From assembly GCA_051294375.1 (NCBI GenBank), contig CM119266.1, positions 17,974,087-18,038,086 on the forward strand: a stretch of DNA of 64,000 nt, given 5' to 3'. The stretch is from Paraspadella gotoi. Its lineage: Eukaryota > Animalia > Chaetognatha. The notes below the pieces were generated by a model. It was given only the letters and a program-made list of their open reading frames with translations. It did no database searches and was not told the origin of the DNA. Of this stretch, positions 1 through 13,600 are shown piece after piece (within the stretch, counting starts at the first letter, position 1; each line of letters begins with the position of its first letter). Position numbers and translations under genes: made by a program.

Positions 1-223
1 TAAATTAATTATTATTACATCAATAATTTATTATCGCATCAATCATTTGTATTTTTTTTTCCTAATTTTTTTATTAATTTTCTTTGATAGTAACGACTGG
101 CGAGAGCACTATACTTTTAAGATTTTTAACCTTCTATATAAGCCTTTTTTTTTTTCTTCATGCAATCCTATTTTATTTTTTCATATTTTTGTTTACCTCT
201 GTTGAAATCTCCTTCACCCTATA

Positions 224-3200
224 GAGCGGCTCGAGCCTCCCGTGCGCCCCCTTCCAAATGGATGGCGTCGAAGAGAACGAAGACGAATCGGACGTTTTGC
301 AGACGCCGGGATTTCTCGCTGGGGAATCTCGTCCAATCGGCCGGAGGTGAGTCTTGGCTTAACGGTTGTTTTCCGGCCGTTCCGAACTCTGTTATAATCG
401 ACGTTTGCAGAGAGACGATGGCCTTCGGTCAAATCTACAAAAACGATCTCCTCTCGGCTACGTGCGACGATGATGAAAGGCAGCGTCTGGCAGAATTGAA
501 GCGGCGCAACACCCTCTATCCATCCCATCTCCAATCCGCCTACGCCATGTGAGAGGGGAAGGATGCTCCGTTTGTTGCGGATGCGTCGAGAGATTACCTG
601 ACCAACTTTCTCCTCCTCGCAGAGAAACGACCTCTTGTCGTCTTAAAGTCAACGAGGCGACGCTACGTCGCGGACAGGACACGCCCACCACGTCACGAGC
701 CACTAGATCGCGAGTCTCGGCCGAGACCAAATCCGAAAAAACTCCGCCAGAGAAGAAGAAACATCCCGAACCCGTGGCCTTGGAATTCTCGCCTCCGGGT
801 AGGTAATTCTTATTAATATTCAGTTAATTTTAATCTATACAAAGGATGACGTAAACTTGTTCGTTCTAACTAGCTACCCTTACCAGTGTAGTAGTCTTTT
901 GTTTATGATTTCGCATTCTAGTATTTCCCCTCGATAGAAAGAAGTCGCTTCTTTTCTCCCCGGGTTTTTCCGATTTTTTTTAGAAATTTTTAGAAATTTA
1001 GTTTGACTGTTTGATTATTTGTGTCATTGTGACCCATGGACTTTCGTCCCGGCCTATTTCAAAAAACCATTTAATCCCAGGCCGCAAAAGCGCGCGAAAC
1101 TCCGCGGCCGGACGAAACCCGAAGCAGCCGGCCCAGCGAACGCAGAGGGCCGTGGCTCCCATGCACAAGGCTGCGGCTTTCGAAATCAGCCCGGGTCCGA
1201 GGCAGACCTCGAAACCTGCCAGGCGCGGTCTCAGAAGGCTCGGGGACAAGAACGAGAAGGTAGCCCTAGTTAAAAAATTTATATATAATTTTATGAGTAT
1301 TCTAATTGTAATTTTTTTTGACACAGGCCGTACCGAGTCCCATTGCGGAGGTGAAGCCCTTGACGACCTCCACGCAACCCGCCACAGTTACCAAAATCTT
1401 TCGTCCCTTTCGGGTCAGTTGAGTTAACTTCCACTTTATAATTTCCGTTTTCGTTGGACAAAAAAATTATCCTTCTTATATATTATTTTTTATTAGTTAC
1501 ATTTGTTTGTTTAATTTTACTAATGTACAGCTCTCCCCTCTGGCCCCTACCTACAGAGAGCGAATCCCGACGACGACATGCTGGACTTGATAAACGAGGC
1601 CGCGGGTCATCGAATAGAGGACCAGGTTTACGACAAACCGATTCCCGAACCGAAAGAGGTTAGTTCTTTAAAATTAAAGGTTCTTTTTATTTATTGGCAA
1701 CCTTTTCCATCATTTTTCCTCCCTCTTTCTTAGAGCGTTTCTAGTCCCAACTCATCCAAACGCAAGCATCCGCCTTCATCTGCCCAATTTTCCGCCCCCA
1801 CCGCTGATCCGACCCCAAGCAAGCGCACTCGAAAGGGGCCGGGTGGCGGTCTGTCGGGGACGCCGATGAAGATGCTCTCCAACCTTCGTCTCAACACCCC
1901 CAAGAAGAAGTTCTTCGGAGAGAGAAAGGCCAAGCGGTCGGAGGCGGCGAGGGCGTTGGCGAGATCGCAGGAGAGTCTTGACGGGGCGGGCGGAGAGTTT
2001 GAGACTCCCTCGACGGGAGACTCGACTTCGCAGAGCCTCGCCAGCGTCGAGGGAGAGAAGACCGGAAGAGGTACGGTTGAGGCTCTTCATTTATACTCGG
2101 TTATTTATTTATCTAATTATATAGGGGTAATTCGGAACACTGCCATATAAAATTAAACAAAAAAATTATTGGATAGATTATTTCAAAAAAAAATTTAATT
2201 ATTTTTTAGCAACATTTATTAAATAATTAGGCGGAAAAAATTATTATACTATTAATAATATAGTAAAAAATTTAAAAAGATAAATAAAAAGAATAGTGAA
2301 AACCAATATTAATTAGAAAGGAAGATGAGAACGAAATGCTGTAAATATTTTTTAAATTTTCTTTTCTTATTCTATAGCAAAGTACTGGACGTTTATTATA
2401 TTTTGATATTTACTTATGTAAAACAACCTTTCTTTCATGGTCATCCAATTTCATCTTCAGTAAAAAACTGAATATAAATATAAATTAATTACTTAAAATT
2501 ATTAAAATTAATTTACACCATTAAATTAAGAATTATCTGGGAATCCTCACGATATATAATAATTATTCAAGACAGTCAAGAATATGCTCAGGACAGTATT
2601 TTTTCTAATTGGACGAATTGTATAAAGAAAACTTGAGAATTACAAATAAAAAATAAATAAAATGCAGTGATAATTTGTTTTTCTCTCTCTTCGCCCTCTG
2701 CGAAAAGATTCAATTTTTTAGTTCGTACGAACTTCGATATCTCGATTGTTTTTATGCTGATTTTTCCTTCCGAAAATATATTCCCGATTTTATCATCGCT
2801 TCATATGTTGACCCTCGACGTTCAGTTGACCAAGTCGAACCTCAACCACCGACGAACACGCAACCGACACGATCACATTATTTTAACGCTGTATACATTA
2901 GCATTTAAATTTCATCGGCTATGGCTACCCGAGGGGAAAACAATTTTTCCAAATATATATACTATGCGAAAAATCTATTCCTAATTACCCCGCAATACCC
3001 TATACCTACCGTGTATACAAGAAATTATCTTTTTACGTGAGTTCAAATCCATACTTATTCTTTATTTAATTATTCATTTCGTTTCCAATTCCAGGATTCA
3101 GTCTCCGCCGAAAGGAGTCGTTCGCGTCGACGTCTTCGCGGACGTCGTCGTCGTCGTCTCAAGAAGACGCCGTCGCCGTGGAGAAAAAGACAAAATCGAT

Positions 3201-3231
3201 GCGTCGCTCGATCATGAACATCATTAAGTGA
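224..3231 (+). CDS. NUMA1: NuMA/Mud/LIN-5-like spindle protein, 3' exons only (5' part upstream of window)
   Basis: Exon 411-548 encodes TCDDDERQRLAELKRRNTLYPSHLQSAY, resembling the NuMA NLM motif (TCQDEPE..RIAELQQRNRVCPPHLKTCY). A later exon has LNTPKK, as in the NuMA tail. Last exon 3095-3231 ends ..SIMNIIK*. Internal exon borders only partly resolved. Confidence 0.72.
2124..2991. mobile_element. MITE-like element with GGGGTAATT.GGAA terminal inverted repeats
   Basis: ggggtaattcggaa at 2124 and ttcctaattacccc ending 2991; a related element lies at 45934-47070. Confidence 0.55.
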
Positions 3232-4089
3232 CGAGTGATTGATCAATGATCATCGTCCCTCTGGTCTTTGTCAAGACATTCGGTCACCCATTCCCCAACT
3301 CCTTCGTAGATTTCGCTTCTCTATTTTCCACCTGATATTTTAATTTTTTTTTGCTTTTTATTCGGCGCGAAAACTCGCCAAATGGGATGCTTTCAGCAGA
3401 ACAAATTTCTCATATCAAGGCGATGGTCAAAACGCATAGACAACGATAAAGACGACAACGTGGATAATGACGAAATGACGATAATGACGAAAACTTCTTT
3501 CTCTACAAAACTGTTTAGTCGCCAGTGGAAACTTGGCCTCGCTACTCTGATAGTTTCTGCCTATTCAATTGATATTATTGACCTTAGATTTAGTTTTGTG
3601 ACTCTGTATTCTTTTGAAAATGATTTAAGTGCCTCTTTTATTATTCATTACATTGCAGCGATGATAACACTACATTCTTTTTTTCTGGATAAGGAAAAGA
3701 GAAAAACAAGAATAGAAAATATTTGGGCTGTTTTCAAAGAGAAAGGTGAACGAGGAAAAACAATAAGGAAACAACATTAAGACGTAGATCGTGAGTAAAT
3801 GGTAGAGTATTGGTAATGGTTTCAACAATCAAATTCTAGTTTGTTTTTAGGAATGTATTCTATTTTCGAAAGGAAAAATCGATAAAATGAAATAAAAGCT
3901 TGAGCGAACTAAAAATTCGAATCTATGCAAAGAGAAAGAGAGACAGAGATAGAAAAAACAAATGATCTCTGAAACATCCATTTTTCTCTCATCAAAACAC
4001 CAACAATTTTTTCGTGAAAGATTCTCGGATATAAATTATAATTGAGTCGCCCCAGTTTATGTACGAGTTTTATTTAGAAATATAAATTT

Positions 4090-4128
4090 CGGACATATTT
4101 CGGCTTCAATGTAAGCCTTCATAAGCGC
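4090..4128 (-). ncRNA. Degenerate minimal type I hammerhead ribozyme
   Basis: Minus strand gcg-CTTATGA-a-ggctt-acattg-aagcc-GAAA-tatgt-c-cg. The core has a G>T change. Homologous to the copy at 22307-22345. Confidence 0.6.
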
Positions 4129-4554
4129 AAAAACGAATTGATTTGTGAAACAAAAATTTAAAAAAATGTATATTACTGTGCAAACTAAGACTCGACGCAA
4201 GAGGAAAAACAACTCTCTTTCCCTGATAAGACTTTGTGGCGATCCCGGAGTTGAATACGCTCTTGAGGCTTATGGGAAAACGAAAAGAAAGAAGAGGAAA
4301 ATATAAAGTTTGTTTCTTTATAGAAAAAAAAAATTCAGATGTAAAGTCCAGACGAATATCTACAACTCAGATGCTCTTTTAATATAGGAGATATCGACAT
4401 TCGTCTCTTTCTCTTTTGCGGTCATTCCAGATTTTGCTCTGAAACGGGACTCTTCTCTAAAATAATAAACATTTGTGGACGCTTAGTGGATTCTTTGTGG
4501 ATTTGTTTATTTACTATTGCTTCTTTTATTATTAGTTAGTATTATTAATTAAGA

Positions 4555-4960
4555 ATAGTTTGAAGATGCATGGTTCATCATTTTACTTCCAATTTTTTCA
4601 AATTATTCCAAAATTGATTTGAACTGCTGATGTTCATGAAGCTGAAAATTAAGGTAAACTAATATTTCTGTGGTAATTAATGTTTTTATGGAAAAATAAA
4701 CTTTTATGCAACGGTTCAAAACAAAAATATTTAAAAAATATTTAAAAAATTTTTGACCATTTATTGCCCCTTAGGTTACCCCTCCGGGGCTTTATATCTC
4801 GGTTCAGGGGTCAAATATTGAAATTCGCCTTGATAGCTCTATTTATATTCACATAGGGATCGTTCATACTAAATTTTAATAAATTTGGTCCAGTAGTTTC
4901 TTCGGAACGTGTTCTGGTCACAAAAAAGGGGTAATACATTTTATAATATAAAGCCTTCTG
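4555..4960. mobile_element. Partial copy of the CAGAAGGC-TIR MITE family
   Basis: Right end ttctggtcacaaaaaagggg...aagccttctg-TA matches the elements at 26406-27040 and 40034-40668. Confidence 0.7.
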
Positions 4961-5271
4961 TATATATTGATTGTACCAATTTCATATAACAAAAATAAAA
5001 AATATCAAAAGAAAAATTATGATATCTGCATTCCTTTTTTTTTCCGAAACGTTATCCTCTTCCGTTCCATTTCGTTCTTTTTTCCGTTAATTCTTTAAGA
5101 AAAACCTTGCTCTTCGTTTTCCCATAGGCCTCCAGAGGGCATTGATCTCCAGGAATGCCGACTTTGTTATGCTTTTAAGATATTAAAGGATTTATTTCCA
5201 TTCATTTATTGGTTCTATTTATCTTTTTTGTAATTGGTTTACCGACGGATTATTTCCTAATAGGAATTTAA

Positions 5272-6413
<1,142 letters not shown>

Positions 6414-6615
6414 CAATTATGACCTGGGCTTTTGTTTTTTCCGTCGGATTGAAACTCTTTTTCTGTACTCGGTTTGATATTTAATTCACAGAAATTAGTT
6501 TACATTGTGGTATCCGGCGATCTCTCTTTTCGTACGCTACAATATACTAGTTTTTCTCAATCCATTTTTTAAACTTTCATCTATTGTAGTCGAACTTTCT
6601 TTTTTGTTGTTTTAA

Positions 6616-6679
6616 AATAAATTGTTGTTCAAGCGAATTTTTCGTTAACTTCCTAAACTTTCATCCAAAATTCGGCCAG
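6616..6679 (+). promoter_or_regulatory. RPB5 poly(A) signal followed by a candidate trans-splice acceptor for COMMD4
   Basis: AATAAA 6616-6621, TTCGTTAAC branch-like motif 6641-6649, CAG 6677-6679, COMMD4 ATG at 6702. Confidence 0.5.
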
Positions 6680-6701
6680 AAAGAAAAATTGATAAATAAA
6701 A

Positions 6702-7334
6702 ATGCGTTTCCGTTTTTGCGGAGACTTGGACTGTCCGGATTGGGTCCTAGCCGAGATCCAGACCCTATCTCGTCTCACCTCCGTCAAGTTCAAACTCCTC
6801 GCCAGTCACGTGACTTGCTCCCTCGCCGACGACGCCGCCCTCGACGGCGAAAAGACGGCGCGCCTAACCGGCGACGCCCGATTCGATCGCGATGACGTCG
6901 AGGCCGCCGTAGCCGCTCTCCGCTTCGTCCTCAGCTCCGCCGCCAAACACGGCGTCGCAGCGGAGGAGCTCGTAGACGAAACTCAGCAGCTGGGCCTGCC
7001 GAAAGAGCACGCGGTGGCGCTTGGGAAAGTGGTGGGGGATCGAGGGGAGGCGATGAGACGACGCTTAGCGGAGAAATCGCTTAAATTGAATTCGTTGGAG
7101 AAAGTGGATTGGCGGGTGGATTACGTACTGAGTTCGAGTGTGGAGCCGGAGGCGCGAAGGCCTGAGGTTCATCTAAGGCTCGAAGTTCGCGACGCGGACT
7201 CTGCCAAGGTCACACCGCTCGGTTTTAGTCTGGACCCCGAGCAGTGTCGTCTGCTGCTGCGGGAGCTGCAGCAGGCGGAGCGGATCATGTGCGAAGTGTG
7301 CGGCGAGGCGGCGCAGGGGGAGGCGGGCCGGTAA
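6702..7334 (+). CDS. COMMD4: COMM domain-containing protein 4 (single coding exon)
   Basis: Diagnostic N-terminus MRFRFCGDLDCPDWVLAEI, LGLPKEHA, and COMM motif VDWRVDYVLSSS. Confidence 0.96.
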   Translation: MRFRFCGDLDCPDWVLAEIQTLSRLTSVKFKLLASHVTCSLADDAALDGEKTARLTGDARFDRDDVEAAVAALRFVLSSAAKHGVAAEELVDETQQLGLPKEHAVALGKVVGDRGEAMRRRLAEKSLKLNSLEKVDWRVDYVLSSSVEPEARRPEVHLRLEVRDADSAKVTPLGFSLDPEQCRLLLRELQQAERIMCEVCGEAAQGEAGR

Positions 7335-7670
7335 AAGAGGCACTTTATCATTTCGCGTTCTGTGATAGATTTCACTGATCAACTATTTCTTTATTTTTGG
7401 ATTTTAAATCAGAAGAATTCTGGTCATAAACTGGTAAATCACTAATTGCCCTAAATTAGTAATTGATGTTACACTAGTTCATCTGTCGCATTAGTTCACA
7501 TACCTTATCATGGTGACATCGTCATTTTTTTATCGTCGATTCGTTAACCAAATTTTTTTTCTTCCCCAGATTCGATCTATCGATCACGATTTTTCTTTTC
7601 TCATTCGATCGTCTCTCTCACTCATTATAAAAGAGAGAATTAATTAGAAACTCATTTTCTCCGTCTGACG

Positions 7671-10600
7671 ATGGATTCGGACGAAGAAGATTCTCACCCT
7701 CGCGATCGTCGCGACCGACCATCCTCCAGACGAAAACACGACGACAACGACGAAGATTTAGAAGAATCCGGCGCCGCTGTTGCCGACGGAGAAGAGGACG
7801 ATGATAGAATTGTGGAACTCGTCAGCCGACCCTCGGTGGAGCCTCCGTTGGCGGCGGCATCTAGTGAAGCCGCGGGTACATATATTTTATATTTCGGGCT
7901 TATTCCCCAACTTTAATACTTTCTCTATTTCTCTTCACCCATTCTATTTTCCCCGCCTTCATCCCCAAAAGGTTTGTCCTCTTCTCCCTTCGACCCCCTC
8001 CCTTCCTCCAGCCTCCATCCTCTCCCTAGTCTCCGCCGCTCCTTCGTCGCCGCCATCGCGGACACCTCCACCGCCAACGAAGCAGACCCGGACGAACCGC
8101 CAACGCAGCGGCGACGGCTCAACCCGAACGAATCTCGTCCGTTTGCCAGGCAGAAATCTGGACGAAGAGTTGGCTTCGCGGGATTGGCGGAGAAAAACAA
8201 CAGGTGATGATTTAAAGAAAGTGATATTAAACTTTTAAAGCAGTATTTTCCAAGTCTATCAATACTTAGAATACTCTCCATACGACAATATGCAAATGAG
8301 ATTAAGGGACTTTTTTCTTTAGACGTTCCGACCCCAACGGCGCCGGCCCTTCACGCCGCTTCGAACCCAGCCAAGCCCCCCCCGAGGCACCGGTGTTGAT
8401 CGACGTCTCCGGTTCGCCCGCCGCCTCGCGCCGCATCGAAGCCGGCGACGCGGCGGCGCAGAGCCGGCGCGATCCGCTGCCCGTCGACGCCGAACCACTC
8501 ATCGTTATCGATCAGGACGGGCCCGATCCGCCGGGCGGCAGCGGAAACGACGCTGCGGCTCCGTTGGATCTGCGGCGGGAGCTGATACGCGGTATGGGAA
8601 AAGGACCTATACTCTGTTAAGCGGAGGAAGAATTGCGGTTCTGTCGCTTCTCTAGAAGCATAGGACAAGCTTCGGTCGGCAGTAATATGCGGAAGGCCAA
8701 CGGTCCGGCCAATGTCATACACATTGTGCAACTGAGTGATAAGACAGGGTCACCTGGAAATATCAGCACGGAATATCAAAGCCTCTAATGGTCATGTAAA
8801 ATGTAATCAAATAAATGTAGTAACGAGAACTAATGAGCAACAGGAAATAACACTAAATCAAAATGAGGCACAAATCATAAGTAAATGAAAAAGTTAGAAA
8901 TCCAAATATAAATGTCTATGAGTTCATGAATCGCAGATGAACGGAGGCAGACGATCTTGAAGGATAGAAGGTATTAATGTGACCGTAACAGTAAATTAAA
9001 TTAATTAATTAATTAAATTAAATTACAGTACTCATTAACAAGTTAATAGTGTATATAATATTAACTTTTCATTAGAATTCCCAAATATGGGACAACAACC
9101 CATGTTCTTCGCTGGGAACCGTTTGCAGTCGGCGCAGCCGCCGCCGCCGCCGCAGCCGCATCGCGTGCATATCCTGCAAGACGAAATCGAGGATGACGAG
9201 GAAGAGGAAGAGGTGGAGACTGTAGAGGACAGCGCCCCGGAGGACGAGGGGGATCCCCCGCCGGGTAAGTATTGTTATGATTATCCTTAAAAATATTAAT
9301 TAATACATAAATATTGATTTATTTCGATCCCTCAAAGGCGAGGCGGACGTATCGGACGAGTACAGCGACGAGGAAGACGTCGAGTCTGATGCCGCCACCG
9401 CCGGAAGTAGTTTGTCGGAGATTCGAGAGAGATCTTTGGGGTCTTTGGCTCCGTTGGTCGGCCTTCAGTCTCGCCCACACGGGAAATCCTCTCCGTCCAT
9501 GAACGTCAGAAACTCGAACACCGCCTTGATTCCTCTCGCCGCTTCTCCTCCCGGTCCTGTTGCCGGCGTCGCCGCTGCGATCGGCGGCGGCAGCGGAGCT
9601 CCGACCGTTTCATCTCCCAATCCCGACGCCCCATCGGTCTCGGGTGCCGAAGCCCACTCGGGTCCGGAGCCCGGCGTCGATCGATCCGCGTCCGACGGCG
9701 GACGGGCGGAGTCGAACGAAGCATCCCAACGATCGAGCGAGCGGCCGACGGCGGAGGAGTCGCGATCTTTAGCTGGTTCGTTCGTTCGTTCGTTCGTTCG
9801 TTCGTTCGTTCGTTCGTTCGTTCGTTCGTTCGTTCGTTTGTCTCTGCAAGTTATACGATTTTTATATAGATTCTTCCGTTGCCAGTGTCGGCCGTGTTTC
9901 AGCCTTCGCCGCCGGAGGAGTCTTCATCGCCTGGTCGTTTCGAGGAGAAGCTCAACCACGGGAATCACTGTCCGCGGCTGCTGCAGGGTCTGCTGTCGCT
10001 GCGGCAGAGCCAAGTCCTCTGCGACTTTACTCTCGTCGCCGACGGTCAACATTTCCCGGTGCACAAGGCCGTCCTCTGCGCTTGCAGGTGATCAGGGAGT
10101 GGGGTCATTGTTCTGATTGTGATGCCGGCGGGCGCCAGCGGGCGCCGGCCGGGCTTGAGAAGCACGAGACCCTCTAACGCGTGGACCACAATGTCAGTTA
10201 ACCACACAGCGTCACGGTTGACCAATGACCATAATGATTAACACAGTATAGGATCTGTGAATATGAATGACAAGAGAACGGGGACGCCAACTAGATTAGG
10301 ACTCACACTCGAACACGAACTTTCTTATTCAATATATGTAATTATGTATAACACGATGCTCACAAGGCTGTAATAGGCTGATGGCTTTACTCAATGAGCC
10401 ACCGGGTCACGACTGAAGGTGTCATGCTTATAGGCGGGGTGAACTTATGCAATGCCCGACTACACATCCATCGTTACAGTGATTACTTTCGCGCGATGTT
10501 TACCCAAAACCTCGTCGAGTCTCGATCGGATTCAGTCGAACTTCAGGGCGTGACCTCTGCCGGCCTCCGCGTTCTCCTCGACTACGTCTACACGGGAGAG

Positions 10601-13600
10601 CTGACGGTGTCGCTCGATTCTGTCGCCGAAATCGTCGGCGCCGCCACACACTTGCAGGTGGTCGGATATTTATTTTCGTGTGGGAGACAGTGGTGAAAAG
10701 GTGGTTTTTTTTTAGATAATAATAATTTATTTTTTACTGCAGTGATTTTACGTTTATTTCACAATTATTTCTCAATTACGTTTGCTTGTAGCAGTTTGTA
10801 CCTTTAATTTAGATTTGTGTACTATTTTACAGTGAATTGTCTCGATATTCTTCGCGGAACTAAATCGCGTTGAAACTTTAATAAAAATGATTTTAAAATC
10901 ATTAAACTGAATTTAAGCCGAACGAATAAAAAGTTGCGAGAAATAAATAATAACTCGAAAATGTCCCCAAAATCCCCAAAGAATTAAAACGAGCATTTCT
11001 CTCTTTGATCATTCGATGAGGTTTTGGAAGTGGTGAAGATGTGCTCCTCCTACTTGAAGCGACATCTCGGACTGGACAACTGCGTGGACGTCCTCGCTCT
11101 CGCCGAACTCTACAGCCTCGCGAGACTTAAAGAACACGCCCTGCAATTCCTTTGCCTCCATCTGCAGGATTTCATTTCTGAAGGTGGATTGCGATACTGG
11201 ACGGTTTAAACATTTACAAGATATAAATAAGGGATAAATTTGAATTATTGGTTTCATGAAAAATGAGTTCGTTAATACCATATGTATGTGTGTTGATATT
11301 GAGTTTCCATACAGAGTGAGTCTGTCATTTCATGGACTAAAATTGGAAATAATAATAAGAATAAAAATTTTATGAATTTTTACGTTTTTTTCTGTTTTAA
11401 ATGTAGATGATAGAATTTTTGATAAAATATTTTATATTTTTGATTCATTTTTTTATGAAGAATCTGAATCTTTAATTATAATTTAAAAAAAAATTATTTT
11501 AAAAATTTATTATTTTATAAGAATATTATTACAAATATATTTTTTGTTATTCTGTTCCTGAGACAATATGAACAAAATATTTTTTATACTAGTTAATCAT
11601 ACTATCTCATATCTAAATATCCTTGTTCGATCATTCAAATAATTTTTTTGTTCTTGAGTGCTCCACTTTAATAATTAATATTACATTAATAATATACTAT
11701 GGGATTGAATAAATGAGACTGTGAGAGAGTCTTGATTGAAAACTTGCAGGGACCTGCTATGTCATTATCTTGTAAGAGTGATGGAGGCCTTAAACCACCA
11801 AAGCCTGTCCAAAGTTAGGGGCAAGATGGCTCATTTATTAAATTAATGGATAATTTTTATATTGGTTTTACCAATTTCATACAATAATAATTCATAGACG
11901 TAATGCTCCTTTTGCCCCCTTTCCCACCATCTTCCTTCGCCGCCGTCGCAGATACGGAAGAGGGCAGTGCGCAGCAGCTGCAGCGCCTGACCCACGAACA
12001 GCTGGACGTGATTCTCAAGAGCGACTCTCTTCAAGTCGAGAAAGAAGTTGAAGTTTTTCAAGTCGCCGTCAGGTGGTTAAGGTGAGTTTATAAAATAAAC
12101 TAATAAAATAATAAACTAATAAACATAAACAAGTTCGGTTCATTCAATGTTTTGCGCCGTAGTGACTTTATTTTCAAGTATATTTCCTTTTGATCACATG
12201 ATATGACATGATCTGACGTCAATATAAAACTAAGGAAGAAAAGCCGGAATTTCGATGCAGTGCATGGCATAAATACACGGGCTAAGAAAGTTTTTTTGAT
12301 TTCTTGAATTCGGCGCTAGCAGTCACTTACTGTAGATATAAAGTTTTTTCCTGTCTTAACAAATGAACTATAGTCGAATTATAAGCATTTTTAACGTAAG
12401 TGACAGAGCGACCGATCGAGTACTCTCGGCGCAACTAAAAAGATACTAATTAAAATGTTTGCAGATTCGCCTGGGATGAGCGGCGCTGCCACGCTGCGGC
12501 GCTGATGGACTGCGTCCGCTTTCCGCTGATGACTGGCGAAGAGCTCGTCGACGTCGTGGAGAAGCAAGACTTCATGAGCAGCGACGCTCAATGTCACAAA
12601 CTCATCCTCGAGGCCTATCAGTACGCCATACTTCCCTCCAGGCAGCACCTCATGCAGACCTCGAGAACGCAGGTTTCAAGAGGAGTTGGCGTGACTGCCC
12701 AAAGTGGGCGTCGCTGACAAACGCTGTAATTATGTTATTTGGCATGTTCACATTGTTTAAGGTCCGCGCTTCGCCATCTCTAGTCGTTCTCGGTGGACCG
12801 TGGGACTTCGTGCCCGTCTTTCCTTTTCCCTCCGGCTCGCGGACAAACGTTTCCAGTCGATGCGGAGTGCAGCCTCTTCAGTGGCAACAGGTGAGTCTTG
12901 CTTTGATTCCGTGAGACCACTGTGTCCTTTTGACCGTCTCAATCCTCCTTTCGCTTCCCAGGGACACGGGACCATGGTGTATAAAACCAACGGCGCTGGA
13001 ATCGCTTCTTTAGACAACTACATCTTTTTGATCGGGGGTCAAATTTCACAGGAAGATCGAAGCAAATCCGGCGCGTGTTACAGGTTGTTACCATGCTGGA
13101 TAGTAGTCGCATAATGTAGACAATAGTTACCATTCGTAAGACTTCATAAATATGTGTGCGGGTATCTCACCTTTGGGCTTTAGGGGTTTTAGACCCTAAG
13201 TGGCGCCGTCTGTCGCTCGAGCGTTTTTCCTAGTACCGTCATGTTTGCCAGCGCAGTGGGAAGTCGGTAAGACTGTAGAAATGTCGGAGACAAATTCGTG
13301 CGGACATCAAAGGACTCGAGATGAAGAACAATTTGCTACGAACATTTCAGGAAATGTTCTTTAATATAGATATAAATAATAATCGCTTTTATTTATCCTA
13401 TTTGTTACTGTTTGCATTTCAGATAAATGAGTATGGTGCTTTATAATAATAAATGATGTGTCAGAATACGGAGTTCTTGGTCAACATCTCTGTCATATTG
13501 TGTGCTTCTTATATCTCTCAGATCCATACGATAAGACTCTGGTATCTGTCGACTGCGCCGTCCGCTTGCCGCCCTGATTCATGGGCGTCGTTAGAGACTC

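Noticed and set aside
547-552. In-frame TGA after the NuMA motif (readthrough or selenocysteine)
   Set aside because: It overlaps a GTGAGA splice donor at 549.
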